The translations under genes were made by a program, and so were the position numbers. Positions 30,609 to 43,349 of a DNA stretch of 64,000 nucleotides are shown here, piece after piece (position 1 is the stretch's first letter; each line of letters starts with the position of its first letter). The stretch is from the human T2T-CHM13v2.0 reference genome, Homo sapiens, in the NCBI RefSeq assembly GCF_009914755.1, contig NC_060936.1; one strand, given 5' to 3'. The notes beneath the pieces were generated by a model. That model searched no databases. It was not told the origin of the DNA and saw nothing but the letters and a program-made list of their open reading frames with translations.

Positions 30609-31142
30609 CCTACCTTCTAAGAGTCTACTAAGAAAAAAATCCACATGCTTCAGGTCCTGCTTCCTCTAATCATGACCAGAAGTTGAAGCCTCAAGCCTCT
30701 CTGGTCATCAAGCATTGTGCAATCTCTCACTCCCATAATGCTATGGATATCCCCTTAAGCTGACCTGGTACCGACGCCTTCTCTCCTCAAAATTTACCAC
30801 TGAGCCACATCACCCACTAGATGATGCCTCTTGTATTCACATCCTCCTCTCTGTAAGTCCCTCTTCCTCCTTAAGTACTTAAATCTTGACTCTGCTTGGG
30901 GACACCAAGTTTCCTGACACCTTTCAAGCAGCAATCATTTTCTCTTTCACATGTCAGCTACTTCAGGTCACAGTCTTCCTCTCCATTTCAACTCTGAGCA
31001 TTATGAATTAACTCAACAGATATGTGACCCCAGCAACATGTAAGGCATTGTGGCAAAAAGGGGGAATCCTAAGTAACAAAGCAGACAGAAATCTCTAATT
31101 GGGGAGCTTAAATTCAAGTGGAAACACAGACAAATATATCAT

Positions 31143-31292
31143 TTTATTTATTTATTTATTTTTATTAATTTTTTGAAGATAGGGGTCCCACTATGTTCCC
31201 CAGGCTGGTCTCAAACTCCTGGGCTCAAGGTATCCCTCCTGCCTCAGCCCCTTGAGTAGGTGGGACTACAGGCATGCACCACTGTGCTTGGC
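31143..31292 (-). mobile_element. Alu monomer (FLAM-like)
   Basis: Single Alu arm with T-rich tail; TSD tatatcatttta. Confidence 0.8.
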
Positions 31293-32482
31293 TTTATATC
31301 ATTTTAAATTGTGCTAAGAGGCATGAAAGATAAAGCAGGAAGTTTTATTTTGTGTGGGGGTGGAATCTTAATTTAGATAGAATGATCAGGGGCATTTTAA
31401 GTGGAGGTGTGAAGGACAGGGAGTCAGCCAAATAAAGAGTGAGGTGGTGAAGAACATTTCAGACCAAGGGGAAAATAGGGCCTCTCCAAAGACCTTTTTT
31501 CTCCTGCCTCCTCAGCAACCCATTCTGAGGATCTTGTCACCAGCAGAACATAAGCACTTCTCAAATCTCTGATTGCAACCCACAGGACAACTTGCTTTCC
31601 TTATGACTCACTCACTTCCATCCCATCCAGAACTCCAAGACCCATGTTCTCATCCAGACCCATGTTCTCCATTGAGGCTCTCTTCTCACCATCTTCACTT
31701 CACTAACCAATTTATAACCTTCATTTCTCTCCTTATTCAATTATAATCCCCTTCATACACATAACGTTCAATCCCTTGACTCTCCCTCCTTCCTTCAAAT
31801 TCCCCTGGCAAAAATCCCAATCACTCTGCCTTTTCTGAGATTATAACTATACCAGTGAGAATTGCTGGTCAACCCAACCCCCAAACAGATTGGAAACACT
31901 ATAAATTTGATAACTACGTTCACATGGGTCTTATATACTCCAAAGTGGTGCATGATTCTCTATTAGTTTCTTCCTCCACTCTCTCTAATGACTATTTAAT
32001 ATTGTCTCTATCTTCAACATTTCTACCCCACTCCTAACCCTTGGCTTTCATGATACCCTACTATAACGGCTTTCCCTCCTATCTTTCTGATTATTCTTTC
32101 TTAGGTTATTTTGCTATCTCCTCTTCTGATCTACAGGTTGGATATCTTCAATATTCAGACATGGGGTATTTGTTCTCATTGCTCTACATTCTTCCCAGGT
32201 GATCTCATTCATTCCCATGACACTAAATACCATTTATATGCTAATAATTCCCAAATTTCCATCTTGCCCAGACCATCACACTAATTTGAAGACCATTATC
32301 CCAGTTTGAACCAACATCATCTGCTGGTATTACTATAATCCCCCTAAGTGATTTCTCTACTAATAGTACAATCTCCATATAGTAGCCAGAGTGGTCTTTT
32401 TGAGGTACAAATCAAATCATGTTATTCCCTTACTAATCCCTCCAACAATTTCCACCACTCTCAGAACAAAATCCTAAAACAT

Positions 32483-32936
32483 GTCAAGTTTCCTGTAGCT
32501 GCTGTAACAAATTACCATAAACCTGGAGGCATAAAACAACAGAAATTTATTATCTCACAGTTCCAGAAACCAGAAGCCTGAAATCATGGTGTTGGCCGGG
32601 CCACACTCTCTCCAAAGGCTCTAGGGGATATCTCATTCCCCACCTCTCCCAGGTCCTGATGTCTCTAGGCACTCACTGGCTTGTGGCTGTGTCACTCCAA
32701 TCTCTGCCTCTGGCTTCACGTGGCCTCCTCTTATGTCCTCTGTATGTTTTTTACAAGGACACATCACTGGATTTAGGGCCCACCCAGATAATTCAGGATG
32801 ATCTCATAATCATTAAGATCCTTTGTAGACTTACATCTACAAAGACTTTTTCCTCCCAAATAAGGTCACATCACAGGTTCCAAGGACTACGACATGGACA
32901 CATGTTTTAGAGGGCCACCATTTAAACCCACTATAG
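32483..32936. mobile_element. MLT1-type LTR inside a long degenerate L2 (about 30620-33730)
   Basis: gctgctgtaacaaattaccataaac...aaatttattatctcacagttc. Confidence 0.8.
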
Positions 32937-33208
32937 CTTCAAGGCCCTGCCTAAGCTATCTCTACCTCCCCCTACAGCTTCATCTCTGTTTACCAGGTTC
33001 TACCCATTCTGGCATTCTTATACTTTCTTGATCTAGGACAGCTCTTTCTCACCCATGATCTTTGCCTATGCTACTCTCCTTTTAGTCCTTACCTAGCTAA
33101 CTTCTCCTTCTGGTCTTCAGTTAAATCTAACTTTCACAGGGAAGTATTCCTTGACCCCATAAATATAAGGATGTCTCCACTGTTATCCTCCCTTTAAAAA
33201 GCACTCTA

Positions 33209-33598
<390 letters not shown>

Positions 33599-33944
33599 TT
33601 ATTTGTCTCCACCACTGGACCATGAACTCTTCATACCATCTTATGAAGCACATCTGCTTTCTTCCCCTCTGTATGTATACCCAGAGCATAAAATGGCATC
33701 TGGCACACAGTAGCCTTAACTAAATAAGGGAGTAGTAAATAAATAGAGTGCCTCCTCTTCCCCTTTTGAACAGGATTAGATAAATGCAAATAGACAGGTT
33801 AGAATGGTGACCAGACACCCGAAGACACTGCTGGCCTGCAGTAGATATCACTCCCAGCCCAGCCTGGAAGATTGATAAAGCTTGGCACGAATGAAAAAGT
33901 AGTACCCCAATAATTATTAAGTTAGAAGGACTGCTCTAATTTTC

Positions 33945-34000
33945 CTTTTTTTTTTTTTTTAAACATGACACAGCATCAGGAGGTCCTGAGGACATGTGCC
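33945..34000 (-). mobile_element. 56-bp polyadenylated insertion resembling a MER4-group LTR fragment
   Basis: Minus strand GGCACATGTCCTCAGGACCTCCTGATGCTGTGTCATGTTT + A15; 11-bp TSD ctctaattttc at 33934-33944 and 34001-34011. Confidence 0.75.
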
Positions 34001-35292
34001 CTCTAATTTTCATTTCTGCTGTGGACAACTATACAACTCAGGAGCTCATTTCACCTTTTACAGTAATCTCCACCTCCTGTCCAAAAGGATTGATTGAAGT
34101 TTCTCTGAAATTTTAGGAAAAACTCCAATATAAACTGATTTCCAAGCCCCACCTAATACTAAGCAGACTGATTCATTCATATATATGTGTGTAACTTTCT
34201 TAATTCTGCAAATTACACAATGATTCAAGTATTATTAATACTAAATACTACTAGCCTGTTCTAAAGTCTAGCATGCACAGAGGCATGCAAAGAGGTCTAG
34301 CATGCAAAGAGAAATCTTTTCTGAGACACCTGAAATTCTCCAGCCTGCTTTTTTTCCTGAGGTATTTTTAAAAACTGAGATATTATTTAAATACCATAAC
34401 ATTTAGTCTTTTAAAGTACACCAGTGTTTTGCCCATTTGCACAACTTTTATCACAAATTCCAGAACATTCTCATAATCCCCTACCCCCTGCCACCTGCCA
34501 AAAATTCATCTCTGTTAGCGTTCTCTATTCCTCCCTTTCCCAGACCCTGGCAAACACTAATGTACTGTCTCTATGGATTTTCCAGTCTTTTTTATACTCG
34601 TGAAACTGAAACACAGAGAGATGAAGTGATTTACACAGAGCTGCAAGTCACTTAGAGAGTAAGGTTAGAATACAAGTATTTACAGGAACTTTTAAGTGTA
34701 TAAAAATTAGTGAAAATATGTTTAGGTCACCTATATATATGCTAAATGCAGCTATAAGACCATCTGATTTTGTTAGAGTCCTTAGAAGAGTCATTCTCAG
34801 GCAGTGTGTCTGGCCAAGGAGAGACAGGGGTATAGGGATTTAGGAATCACTAAAGAGGAAGAGACAGGCCACTGGTGGAAGGGAATTTCATTTATGGACC
34901 GGGGAAATATGAGGATATGTGGTTTAGAGGACAGACATTTTTGTTTTCCACCCAGGGTAGTGAAATTGGTGCTAATATGTCCAGGTGCCCATTGCTTCCT
35001 TTTATAGTGGTCCAAGTGGGCCCCAGAGATCCCTGATCATTTCTAGTTTGCTCATGAGTAGTTAATAAAATAATGGTACTAACACCCCTTCAGAATACTT
35101 GCTGATTAATGACACGTTGTAAAATAATATGGGAATTTTGACTTTTTAAATATCCACTGTCTGAATTTTCAAATAAGTAAAAGAACTGCAAGCTGAACTT
35201 ACTTCCATTGCCATTATAAATGTATACATAGGAGTATGTTCCCATAGGCTAAAATAATCACAATCTATTTGCAAAAATAATCAGGCACACTT

Positions 35293-35298
35293 TTTATT
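35293..35298 (-). terminator. Probable distal poly(A) signal of GALNT4 (3' UTR about 3.4 kb)
   Basis: AATAAA on the minus strand followed by GT/T-rich sequence at the end of an AT-rich, repeat-poor tract. Other AATAAA candidates exist (e.g. 35471-35476). Confidence 0.55.
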
Positions 35299-36955
35299 TT
35301 ACATCTTAATCAACATTACAAATACAAAAGGAAAAAAGTCAGAAACAACTCATCACAGAGGAAAAAAACATCATTCAGAAGAGATTAATCTGAACTTCAA
35401 CATTCTTTGTGCTCATTTTAAAATTATTAAAACAGGAATTCAAAAGGACAAGCAAATAAAAACCAAGTATTTTATTAATTAAAATTGAGACCCTAAACCA
35501 ACTAAGACTATACAACTTAAAAATAAGCTGTCTTCATCCTAGAAAAGTTTGATTTGCCATCTTATAATGAATATGCAGGAACTTACTAATGGGTAAGTAA
35601 ACAAATTTTCTTTTACAAACAAGTTATTTTGAGTTATAGGGATCCTCCTGGTGACTAGATTTTTTTTTAATGACTAAAAATGCCTATTTAGATAGTCAAC
35701 CTATCCGTAAAGCTGGACACTAAATGACATAGTGAACATTTAAAGTTGAAACTCTTTGTCTACCAAATATTTTCCTAAAACTGTTTTTAAGCATATACAT
35801 TAACTTAAAAGGTCAACTCTTAATTGTCTATAGCCAAAGAGAGCTTTGGTACCAATAAATTCGAATTAGGGAATCGGTTTTTTTAGATGTAGAATTACAG
35901 AGTATTTTTGGAATTAAATTGGAACGTGCCTAAATATGAAAATGTGAAAGTCCCACTTTTCTGTTATGTACTCTATTATGAGGAATGAACAGCCTAACTA
36001 TACTGGATTATTGATATAAATAAAGCACCACTGTAAAATCTCTTCCTAAAAGATTGCTGGGTCACACCTAGCAATTTAGGGCAAAAAGTCAATAAAGAAT
36101 TAAGGTACTTTATTTTTAAAAGCCTCATTTCCCTTTTGACAGGAGCATCAAGATACTAAAATAAAAATAATGTAATAAGTACTTTCAAAATATAACAATT
36201 TTCGTTCTCCCATATAACAGGGGGCTAACAAGAAAACCAAAAATAAATAAAAAGAGAAAATTTAAAAATAAGTAAAAAATAAAAAAATATTTTTAAAAAG
36301 CAGCCTGGGCAAGAGAAGTGGGTGGGTTTAGGAGAATCCCTTTCGAAAAATTCAGAGCATTATTATTAATCCTTCTTAAATTAAATGCAGGGCCAAGCAT
36401 GCTGCACGTGGAATCTGGACAATTTTTTGATAAACTTTAAGGCTGCTAAATAATTTACAGAAACTGTGAATGCATTTTCATTTTACGAGGCAAAAGAGAA
36501 AATATTCAAGATTGCATAGCAATTTTATTTTTTGAAATGGTTATCCTAAAGAATTTCCTTAAATTCAGATTTTGCAAAATTCCTACTCTCCAAGTCATCA
36601 AGTGAACACTAAAAGCAACTTTACTCGTGAATACAGTGGACTCTTTACGAGGCATGCATTTTTCATAAATCTAGGCCAAAGTGAACTAATTGAGATTTAA
36701 TTCTAAATTCATCCTGTGATTTCTGCATATAATATTGGTATAAAACCAGTAAAAATACTTTTAAAAAAAGCGTTTACTTCCCGAGTAATTTAGTTTGGAA
36801 ATATTTACATTCTTAGTCAAAATATTACTTTCAGAGTCTAAAGGTTTTAAAAACAAAATTGGTTCAACAATTATCAAAACGAAACGACTATGAACACTGA
36901 CTAGAACTTCTTAACCCACAGAAGTAAACCACTTCAGGTGAGTTCAGCTCACTTA

Positions 36956-37258
36956 TTTTTTTTTTTTTTTTTTTTTTGAGACAGAGTCTTGCTCTGTCGC
37001 CCAGGCTGGAGTGCAGTGGCACGATCTCGGCTCACTGTAAGCTCTGCCTCACAGGTTCACGCCATTCTCCTGCCTCAGCCTCCTGAGTAGCTGGGACTAC
37101 AGGCGCCCGCCACCACAGCTGGCTAATTTTTTGTATTTTTAGTAGAGACGAGGTTTCACCATGTTAGCCAGGATGGTCTGGATCTCCTGACCTCGTGATC
37201 CACCTGCCTTGGCCTCCCAAAGTGCTGGGATTACATGCGTGAGCCACCGCACCCGGCC
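36956..37258 (-). mobile_element. AluY in the GALNT4 3' UTR (sense to the transcript)
   Basis: AluY diagnostics (ttcacgccattctcc, ttagccaggatggtc); TSD ctcactta. Confidence 0.92.
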
Positions 37259-38668
37259 TCCCCTCACTTAATTTTTAAAACCCATTTCTCTTCTCCAGCT
37301 TCACAACTGGACTGAACATTGCTCAACTGCTCAACAACATTACCTATGTCAAAAGTGAAAAGATAAAAAGTATTGTAAAGATTGCACAGTGAGTCAATCT
37401 GGGAAGAATATACTGTACAATCAGCATTTCAGAGCTGGAAGGGATCTTTAAGATCCAATCCAGCACCCACATTTTACCAATGAGAAAACTAAGCCCAAAC
37501 ACATCATAATAACTTGACCAAAGTTACATTCCTCAGCTGAGCCATTCATTCATTCATTCAGTCATTCATTCACCCACTTACTGAAAGCTGCCTAAGTGCC
37601 AGGCTCGGTGCTAGGAGATTGAAAGCAGCATTCACAATTGCCAAGGCAGTCTTTTTTCCTTGCATTTTTAAGATAAATTCTTAAATTTCCTGATCAGCAG
37701 AACTCGTAGGAGAGTTCCACAGCCTTGGTAGAACCTAGCCCACTTTCAGTTTCACACATTTTAATAAACATAGTTGGGTTTAACTTCAGAGAGGCTTCAA
37801 TTGTGTTTACTTTAAATGATTAAGCATTAACAAAGGGAGGCATAGTATTCTGGATGAGTCCCTTTCTAGTACATTCATAACTTAAGGAAGTGCAATCAGA
37901 AAATGCCCTACACACACAAACACGTTCACAGAGAAGACAGCTTACAAAATCAGAGGAATCTGAGGTATTAATATATACATCAGTGAAGTCCAATAGCTCA
38001 AGTTTACAAAGTACGGAATGTAAATATCTCCCCATTTCATTTAAATATGGGTATGTCTGCATGTTAAAAAGGCCTCCAAACTCACACTCAAACAAATGCC
38101 CTCTTCCAATTACACATATCTCTAAAACCAGGCCTTTTGCCTTAAGCTCAATTTTCTTTTTGATTAGAAAAAAATTAGATTAAAAAATAAAATCTAAAAT
38201 TTAATGTGCTGGCTAAAAAAGAAATACAAATTCTATGTAATCAAAATAGCAATGGCTCAAACTGCACATTCATGAGTTTTGTTAAAAAGTGGGATGTGCG
38301 GTGAACTTACACATCAACATAAATCATACCTCATTTTACTTGGACCTTTACATTCTTTAATATTAAGTCTGGCACTTAAATGTTTTGTGTGTTTCAATTC
38401 ATAGTCAACTTCTTTTAAGAAGAGACCATATTGACAAAACTCTTATATAAAACAACCAATAAGTAAGGCATTGTGAAATATTAAACAGCAGCACTCTGGG
38501 TACCCAGTTTCAGTGTGATATACCAAAATGAACCCCAGCTTTCCAGTGCTCCACAGATGACTGCTAGGTGGCTTTTGATAAAATAAAATACAATCTTCAC
38601 TGAGGCTCTTAAGGCTCTTTGACTTTCTTGACACTACTGTCAGCTCATGACGAAAGTGCTGTTGTGCT

Positions 38669-40405
38669 CTATTTCTCAAAACTCCAAATTTGATTTTTAT
38701 CTAGAGCATCACAAGTTCTCATTTGTACATCAGGTCGGCCCTCCGGTGTCCGATAAGCACTAAGACACAGTCCTGAGTGTGGGTGAAAAATAGTTCCATC
38801 TTCTTTAAAATGCCAAATAATGTTTGCTGGTACAGGGAACCCATCTTTGGGACAATTTTGCATTCCCACATAATTTTTTTGCTCAGGTACCTCTGCACAT
38901 AACTCTGTCACAGAATTAAACCTTATTTCTTTGTTTGAAGTATATTCAAAGAATTGATTGCCTCCTTGACCATGGCATCCAAACAGTGAAAGGTTAGCAC
39001 CTGTGGGGTTGTTGTCAGGAGAATTATAATCTAAACATTCAGACGAGATCCCTCTACTGCGAATAGCCCCATGCCAGCCTGGTCTATCCTCTGGAACATG
39101 TAAATTAGGAAAAACATTTTTCAAATACCAGTCAAAGCTCTTGCATCTCAACCGCTCTCGTAGTAATTTTCTTTCAGAAATATCACCATAAGCTTCTTTT
39201 CTTGCTGGAGGGTTTCTATTGTAGAAGTGCTCTTTGTATTCATCCATCCAAACTTCTGCTGCCCGAGCAGTATTCTGTAGGAAATTGGGGCGAGCATATG
39301 GTGCCCGCTTGGGGAACACATGGCCCACGTGGGAACACGGGTGGATCTCCAATTTGCCACCACACTGCCACACCCTAAAAGACAGCTCAAGGTTTTCACC
39401 TCCCCACACTTCCATTCCTGTGTCATACGTTCCAAGGTACTGAAAATATTTCTTGCTGACAGCAAACAGTCCTCCAGCCATGGTAGGTGATCTGATGGGG
39501 TCAATTCTTGATATCCGCCTGTCCCTTTCCTGTTTGGGGACAGAATGCCACTGAAATGTTAAACGCCAGTCAAACCCACCAATCATGGGCTCCCCTGTCT
39601 GCATATAGAATTCAAAAGTATTCCAATCAATTGTGTCTATAACAGGACACACAACTGCTGTTTCATCTCTCCCAATCCTTTCCAAAAGCGGTTCCAGCCA
39701 ACCGGAATTACACTCACAGTGACAATCCAGGAAAGTGAGGACGTCCCCAGTGGCGAAAGTGGCCCCAATCAGACGGGCCCTAACCAGCCCCTCTCGCTTA
39801 TTGGTCCTAATCAAGCGTACTCTATCAAGATTGCTGATGTAAGTTTCAAGTTGTGTCTTCAAATAAACTCTGTCACTCAAGTCATCCACCAAGATGATCT
39901 CTTTCAAAAGAACTGCAGGAGAAGTTTCTAAAACACTGTGAATGGTACGGAGCAAAGTCGACCAGGCTTCGTTATAGAAAGCAATGATAACAGAGGTGGT
40001 AGGAAGTGTCCTATAGTTGAACTTCTGGGACTTACACTCATACATTCTTTTATCCTCTATGTGTCGATGCAGGGAAATCCTGTCACTGAGGTAAATATTG
40101 ATGGCGTATCTCTCAATGAGTTCTTCTTGCTGCTTCAGTTCATCCTCGTTGAGCTGGAGTTTGCTGGCTTTCCCCCACTCCCCAAGTGCACGGGAATCTG
40201 CAGGGGGCTTCTTATAAAGCGGTCGAGACAAATCCTCCGTATTTTTCTGGAGGTCTGAGAGCCTTCTTGACCCCAGCTCCCTGGCACGGCCGGCTCCTGC
40301 GGAGGCATGAAAAGTAGAGACCAAGAGCTCCACGAAGATATAGGCCACTGTTAAAAACGCCAGCAGCAGGCAGCTCTTGCCTGCCCAAGTCCACCTCACC
40401 GCCAT
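38669..40405 (-). CDS. GALNT4: Polypeptide N-acetylgalactosaminyltransferase 4; single-exon CDS nested in POC1B intron 2
   Basis: 578-aa uninterrupted ORF with N-terminal type II TM segment, GT-A fold with DxH (DCH), WGGEN Gal/GalNAc-T motif and C-terminal ricin-B lectin domain (CLD, QxF/QxW repeats). Confidence 0.98.
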   Translation of the reverse strand: MAVRWTWAGKSCLLLAFLTVAYIFVELLVSTFHASAGAGRARELGSRRLSDLQKNTEDLSRPLYKKPPADSRALGEWGKASKLQLNEDELKQQEELIERYAINIYLSDRISLHRHIEDKRMYECKSQKFNYRTLPTTSVIIAFYNEAWSTLLRTIHSVLETSPAVLLKEIILVDDLSDRVYLKTQLETYISNLDRVRLIRTNKREGLVRARLIGATFATGDVLTFLDCHCECNSGWLEPLLERIGRDETAVVCPVIDTIDWNTFEFYMQTGEPMIGGFDWRLTFQWHSVPKQERDRRISRIDPIRSPTMAGGLFAVSKKYFQYLGTYDTGMEVWGGENLELSFRVWQCGGKLEIHPCSHVGHVFPKRAPYARPNFLQNTARAAEVWMDEYKEHFYNRNPPARKEAYGDISERKLLRERLRCKSFDWYLKNVFPNLHVPEDRPGWHGAIRSRGISSECLDYNSPDNNPTGANLSLFGCHGQGGNQFFEYTSNKEIRFNSVTELCAEVPEQKNYVGMQNCPKDGFPVPANIIWHFKEDGTIFHPHSGLCLSAYRTPEGRPDVQMRTCDALDKNQIWSFEK

Positions 40406-40975
40406 CCGGATTCTCAGGGCTGAGGCGCAGACGCGGCCACCAAGCCACCACGCAGGGGAAGGGCGGCGGAACCCACAGCTCGAGCTCAGGTACTTCCCAG
40501 CAGGTTCTTCCTTTCATGCAGGCGCTAGGCTCCTTTCCAGCCACCCAGGCTTTCCAGGGGTCACCTGAGCCCTCTCGGTCCTCGGCCTCCGGCACAGCCC
40601 AACTCCTCTCTCCCTACTTCCTCCTGCTCGGCTCACAACTTTTCACAAACTCTCCAGCCAACACCCCACCCTCCCCGGGCCGAGGAGAAACCCCTCCCCT
40701 TCCCACTCACTCCTCCTGGTGGTTAGTTTGCGAAAGTCGTCCGCCAGGCCCAGACCGCTGGATAGGAGGCTCTTGGCCGGGCCGGGGGCTGGGGGCCGGG
40801 ATGGCAGAGGGGGCCCTAGCTGCGCCCCGCCGCGCTGGGCCCTCGTCTCCGGGTGCTCTCAACCCTCATACAGGCCCTTAGCCGTTCTCCTAGGGACCCT
40901 GCCCGGACAGGAGGAAAGGTTTCCGGCCCATGGAGTTTAGTCTCATTACAAAAGCAAAACAAGAATAAGACTTAC

Positions 40976-41060
40976 CAAGTTGCTTGCCGTTGGGGCTGAG
41001 GTCCAAGGAGGTGATCGCAGCTTTGTGGCCTTTGAAATAACGCTCCAGAACGGGGTCCTC
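40976..41060 (-). CDS. POC1B: POC1B exon 2 (85 nt; [28 protein letters not shown]), start of first WD40 repeat
   Basis: Acceptor ...ttcctttccag, donor GTAAGT, phase 0 to 1; GH..I.S...SPNG WD40 signature. Confidence 0.96.
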
Positions 41061-41736
41061 CTGGAAAGGAAAGTTGTCAAGTTTTGAAAGCCGCCGCAGA
41101 CCTCGAATTCTGGCGGCTGGGATCCACGCTGCCACTTCCCCGGAGTCCGGCTTGGGAATGGCCACCCAGGCGGCGGCTTGGCTGGGCGGCGGGGCCGGGC
41201 AGCAGCCCACCCACGGGCGCGGCGCCCAGTCCTGCTACAGGGAGACGCCGGCGCCAGCTCTCCCCGCAGAGCCCGCAAAACGCTCTGTTCGCGCTTCCCA
41301 GAGTCCAGCGCATCGCAGGAACCGCGGCCCCTTTGAAATGCACGTTCCCGGGCCCCGCCCGCTGGCCCAAGGCAGGCAGGTGCGAGGATGCGCCTCGGCT
41401 TTGGTACTTTTTTTTTTTTTAATACTTCCTAGGTGATTCTGACGCAGGCGCTCCACGGAAACCCTCCGAGAATTCTGGGGGCCGTGGGGCCGCCCAGCTC
41501 AGTCCGGAGCTCCGGAACTCGGGGAAGAGCGTCCGGGAGCCGGGTCTGGGTTCCGCACTCCGTCCGCCCCGATGGCAGAGAGTGAGATACGGACGCCCCG
41601 GGACGAGGGGCTCAGGACCCGGCTACGGACACCTGCCTCCATCTCCCTCCAGGTGCGGCTTCGGCCCGGACCTGGCCCCGCAGCCCGCGGGACAGGCTCC
41701 AGGGAGGGACCCCCCCCACCTCCAACCCGTCCTTAC

Positions 41737-41751
41737 CGTGGCTGAGGCCAT
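41737..41751 (-). CDS. POC1B: POC1B exon 1, coding part (MASAT)
   Basis: Minus strand reads ATG GCC TCA GCC ACG then donor GTAAGG. Lies in the CpG island and joins exon 2 in phase 0 to give [17 protein letters not shown], the POC1B N-terminus as I recall it. Confidence 0.95.
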
Positions 41752-43349
41752 CGGGGGAGTGGTCGGCCCAAGGCTCCTGTGGGTGGGGGAACCCGGAGAG
41801 GGGAGGGGAGAGGATGGGGAAGGAGAGGGGACCGTGCGGCTCCCGGAACCGTCTGCCCAGAGCGGCAGCGCCTCCCGGTCACTACAACAACGGCGGCCCA
41901 GTCAAACCCCGCGCTCCAGGCATGGCCAGCCGAGCCCCGAGACACCGCCAGCCCTGTAAAGAGAGGACGGGAGGTATGCGCCGGGTCAGCTGTGGCCACA
42001 CACCAAGCCATGTTAACTAACACTCGCGTTCTCCCTGGTTTGATGTCAGGAAGTGGGGTAGTAACCAGGACTGGAATAAGAGCGATGAATGGAAGGGCGT
42101 TGTGAGCCTGTGATCGATGCGATCAGAGTTCTATTACGTTTTAAAGAGACAGCACCCGTGACGTTTAAGGTGATCCCCTACCGCTTATTTTGTTGACGTA
42201 AAGCTTTGACATGAAGAGGGGCAGCTTGCTAGTTATTAATATACTAAAAGGAACTAAATCCCCTGAGGGCAGATTTGAATTTATTTAACCACTGTTTTCC
42301 ACACAGTGCCCTGCAGGATATTGATATAGTTGCTGGATGTGCGTGATGAATGAATGAGTGAATGAATGAATAAATGTTGTGCATGCACTTAATAATTTTC
42401 TGCGATATGTTTCCATTCTCATCTGCTCATTTGCGTATACCTTAGAGCACTAAACTTACACAGCTGGATACTTAAAGTCTTTAGGAAGACTTGGAAACAT
42501 GGTTTTTTTTGTTTGTTTTTTGTGAGACCACGTTTCTACAGCAGGCTTTGTTACACATAGTATCATTTGTGCTTCAGCCAAACAATGAAGTTGGTAGAAT
42601 TACAAAATGTTTTCAATGTTTCCAAGTTATAAACTTGATTCCTAGATATTGGTCTTAGAGGTCACACAGAGACAGTTCTTCTAATTCCAAGTCCATATCC
42701 TTTTTTTTTTTTTAACCCTGCCTCAAAGCGTGATGTTCTGAGCTGAAAATTACATATAGTGTAAAGATCCTTAGCAACATCAAAGGGCATGATAGAACAC
42801 AGCTGGTAAGACATGTGTTTTATGCAAATGAAAGGTATGCTACACACCTTAATTACAGATTCCCTAGTTGTCTAGTGATTGAGTTTAATTTTATTGAATA
42901 TGGTACTTAACAACTAAACAGGTAGGCTTTAGATTACAGTATTAGTTAATTTAAGTATACACTTGTTAAATATCTGTTGTATGTTTGGCCTTGAGGGACA
43001 CAATGATGACTAAGATATTTCCCCTACCTTCAAGAACTCAGCAATCTAGGGTTGGTGAGTCTCATGCTTTAGCATTTGTAATGTTGATTTGGGGGCTCCA
43101 TTTCCAGAGATGCTGAATCAACATATACAAGGTGGGATCCAGGGCCCTTCTGATGTAACAAGCTCCATAGATGATTACTATGGGAGTCTCAGCTGTCTAT
43201 GTTGAGAAACACTGCATTAGTCTAGGAGATGATATGTTAAGAGTGTTGATATCAGCAACTTGTCAGCAAACTGTTGCAGGACTCTTAGTTTTGCTACATA
43301 TTACCAGTTTAGGCTTGATTTATTTTAAAAGCCTGCCATGTTTAAAACT

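Larger units (their letters stand above)
40250..42130. promoter_or_regulatory. CpG island covering the POC1B promoter, exons 1-2 and the GALNT4 promoter/5' end
   Basis: Sharp rise in GC and CpG density, GC boxes and G-rich runs (41779-41830), spanning both start codons. Confidence 0.9.

Noticed and set aside
34266-34311. gcatgca(c/a)agag three times, superficially repeat-spacer-like
   Set aside because: Tiny slippage duplication with no spacer architecture; CRISPR is not applicable to this genome.
40377-42105. Many 60-127 aa ORFs in the CpG island
   Set aside because: Stop-codon depletion in GC-rich DNA; only the POC1B exon frames have splice and homology support (the GALNT4 uORF is listed separately).
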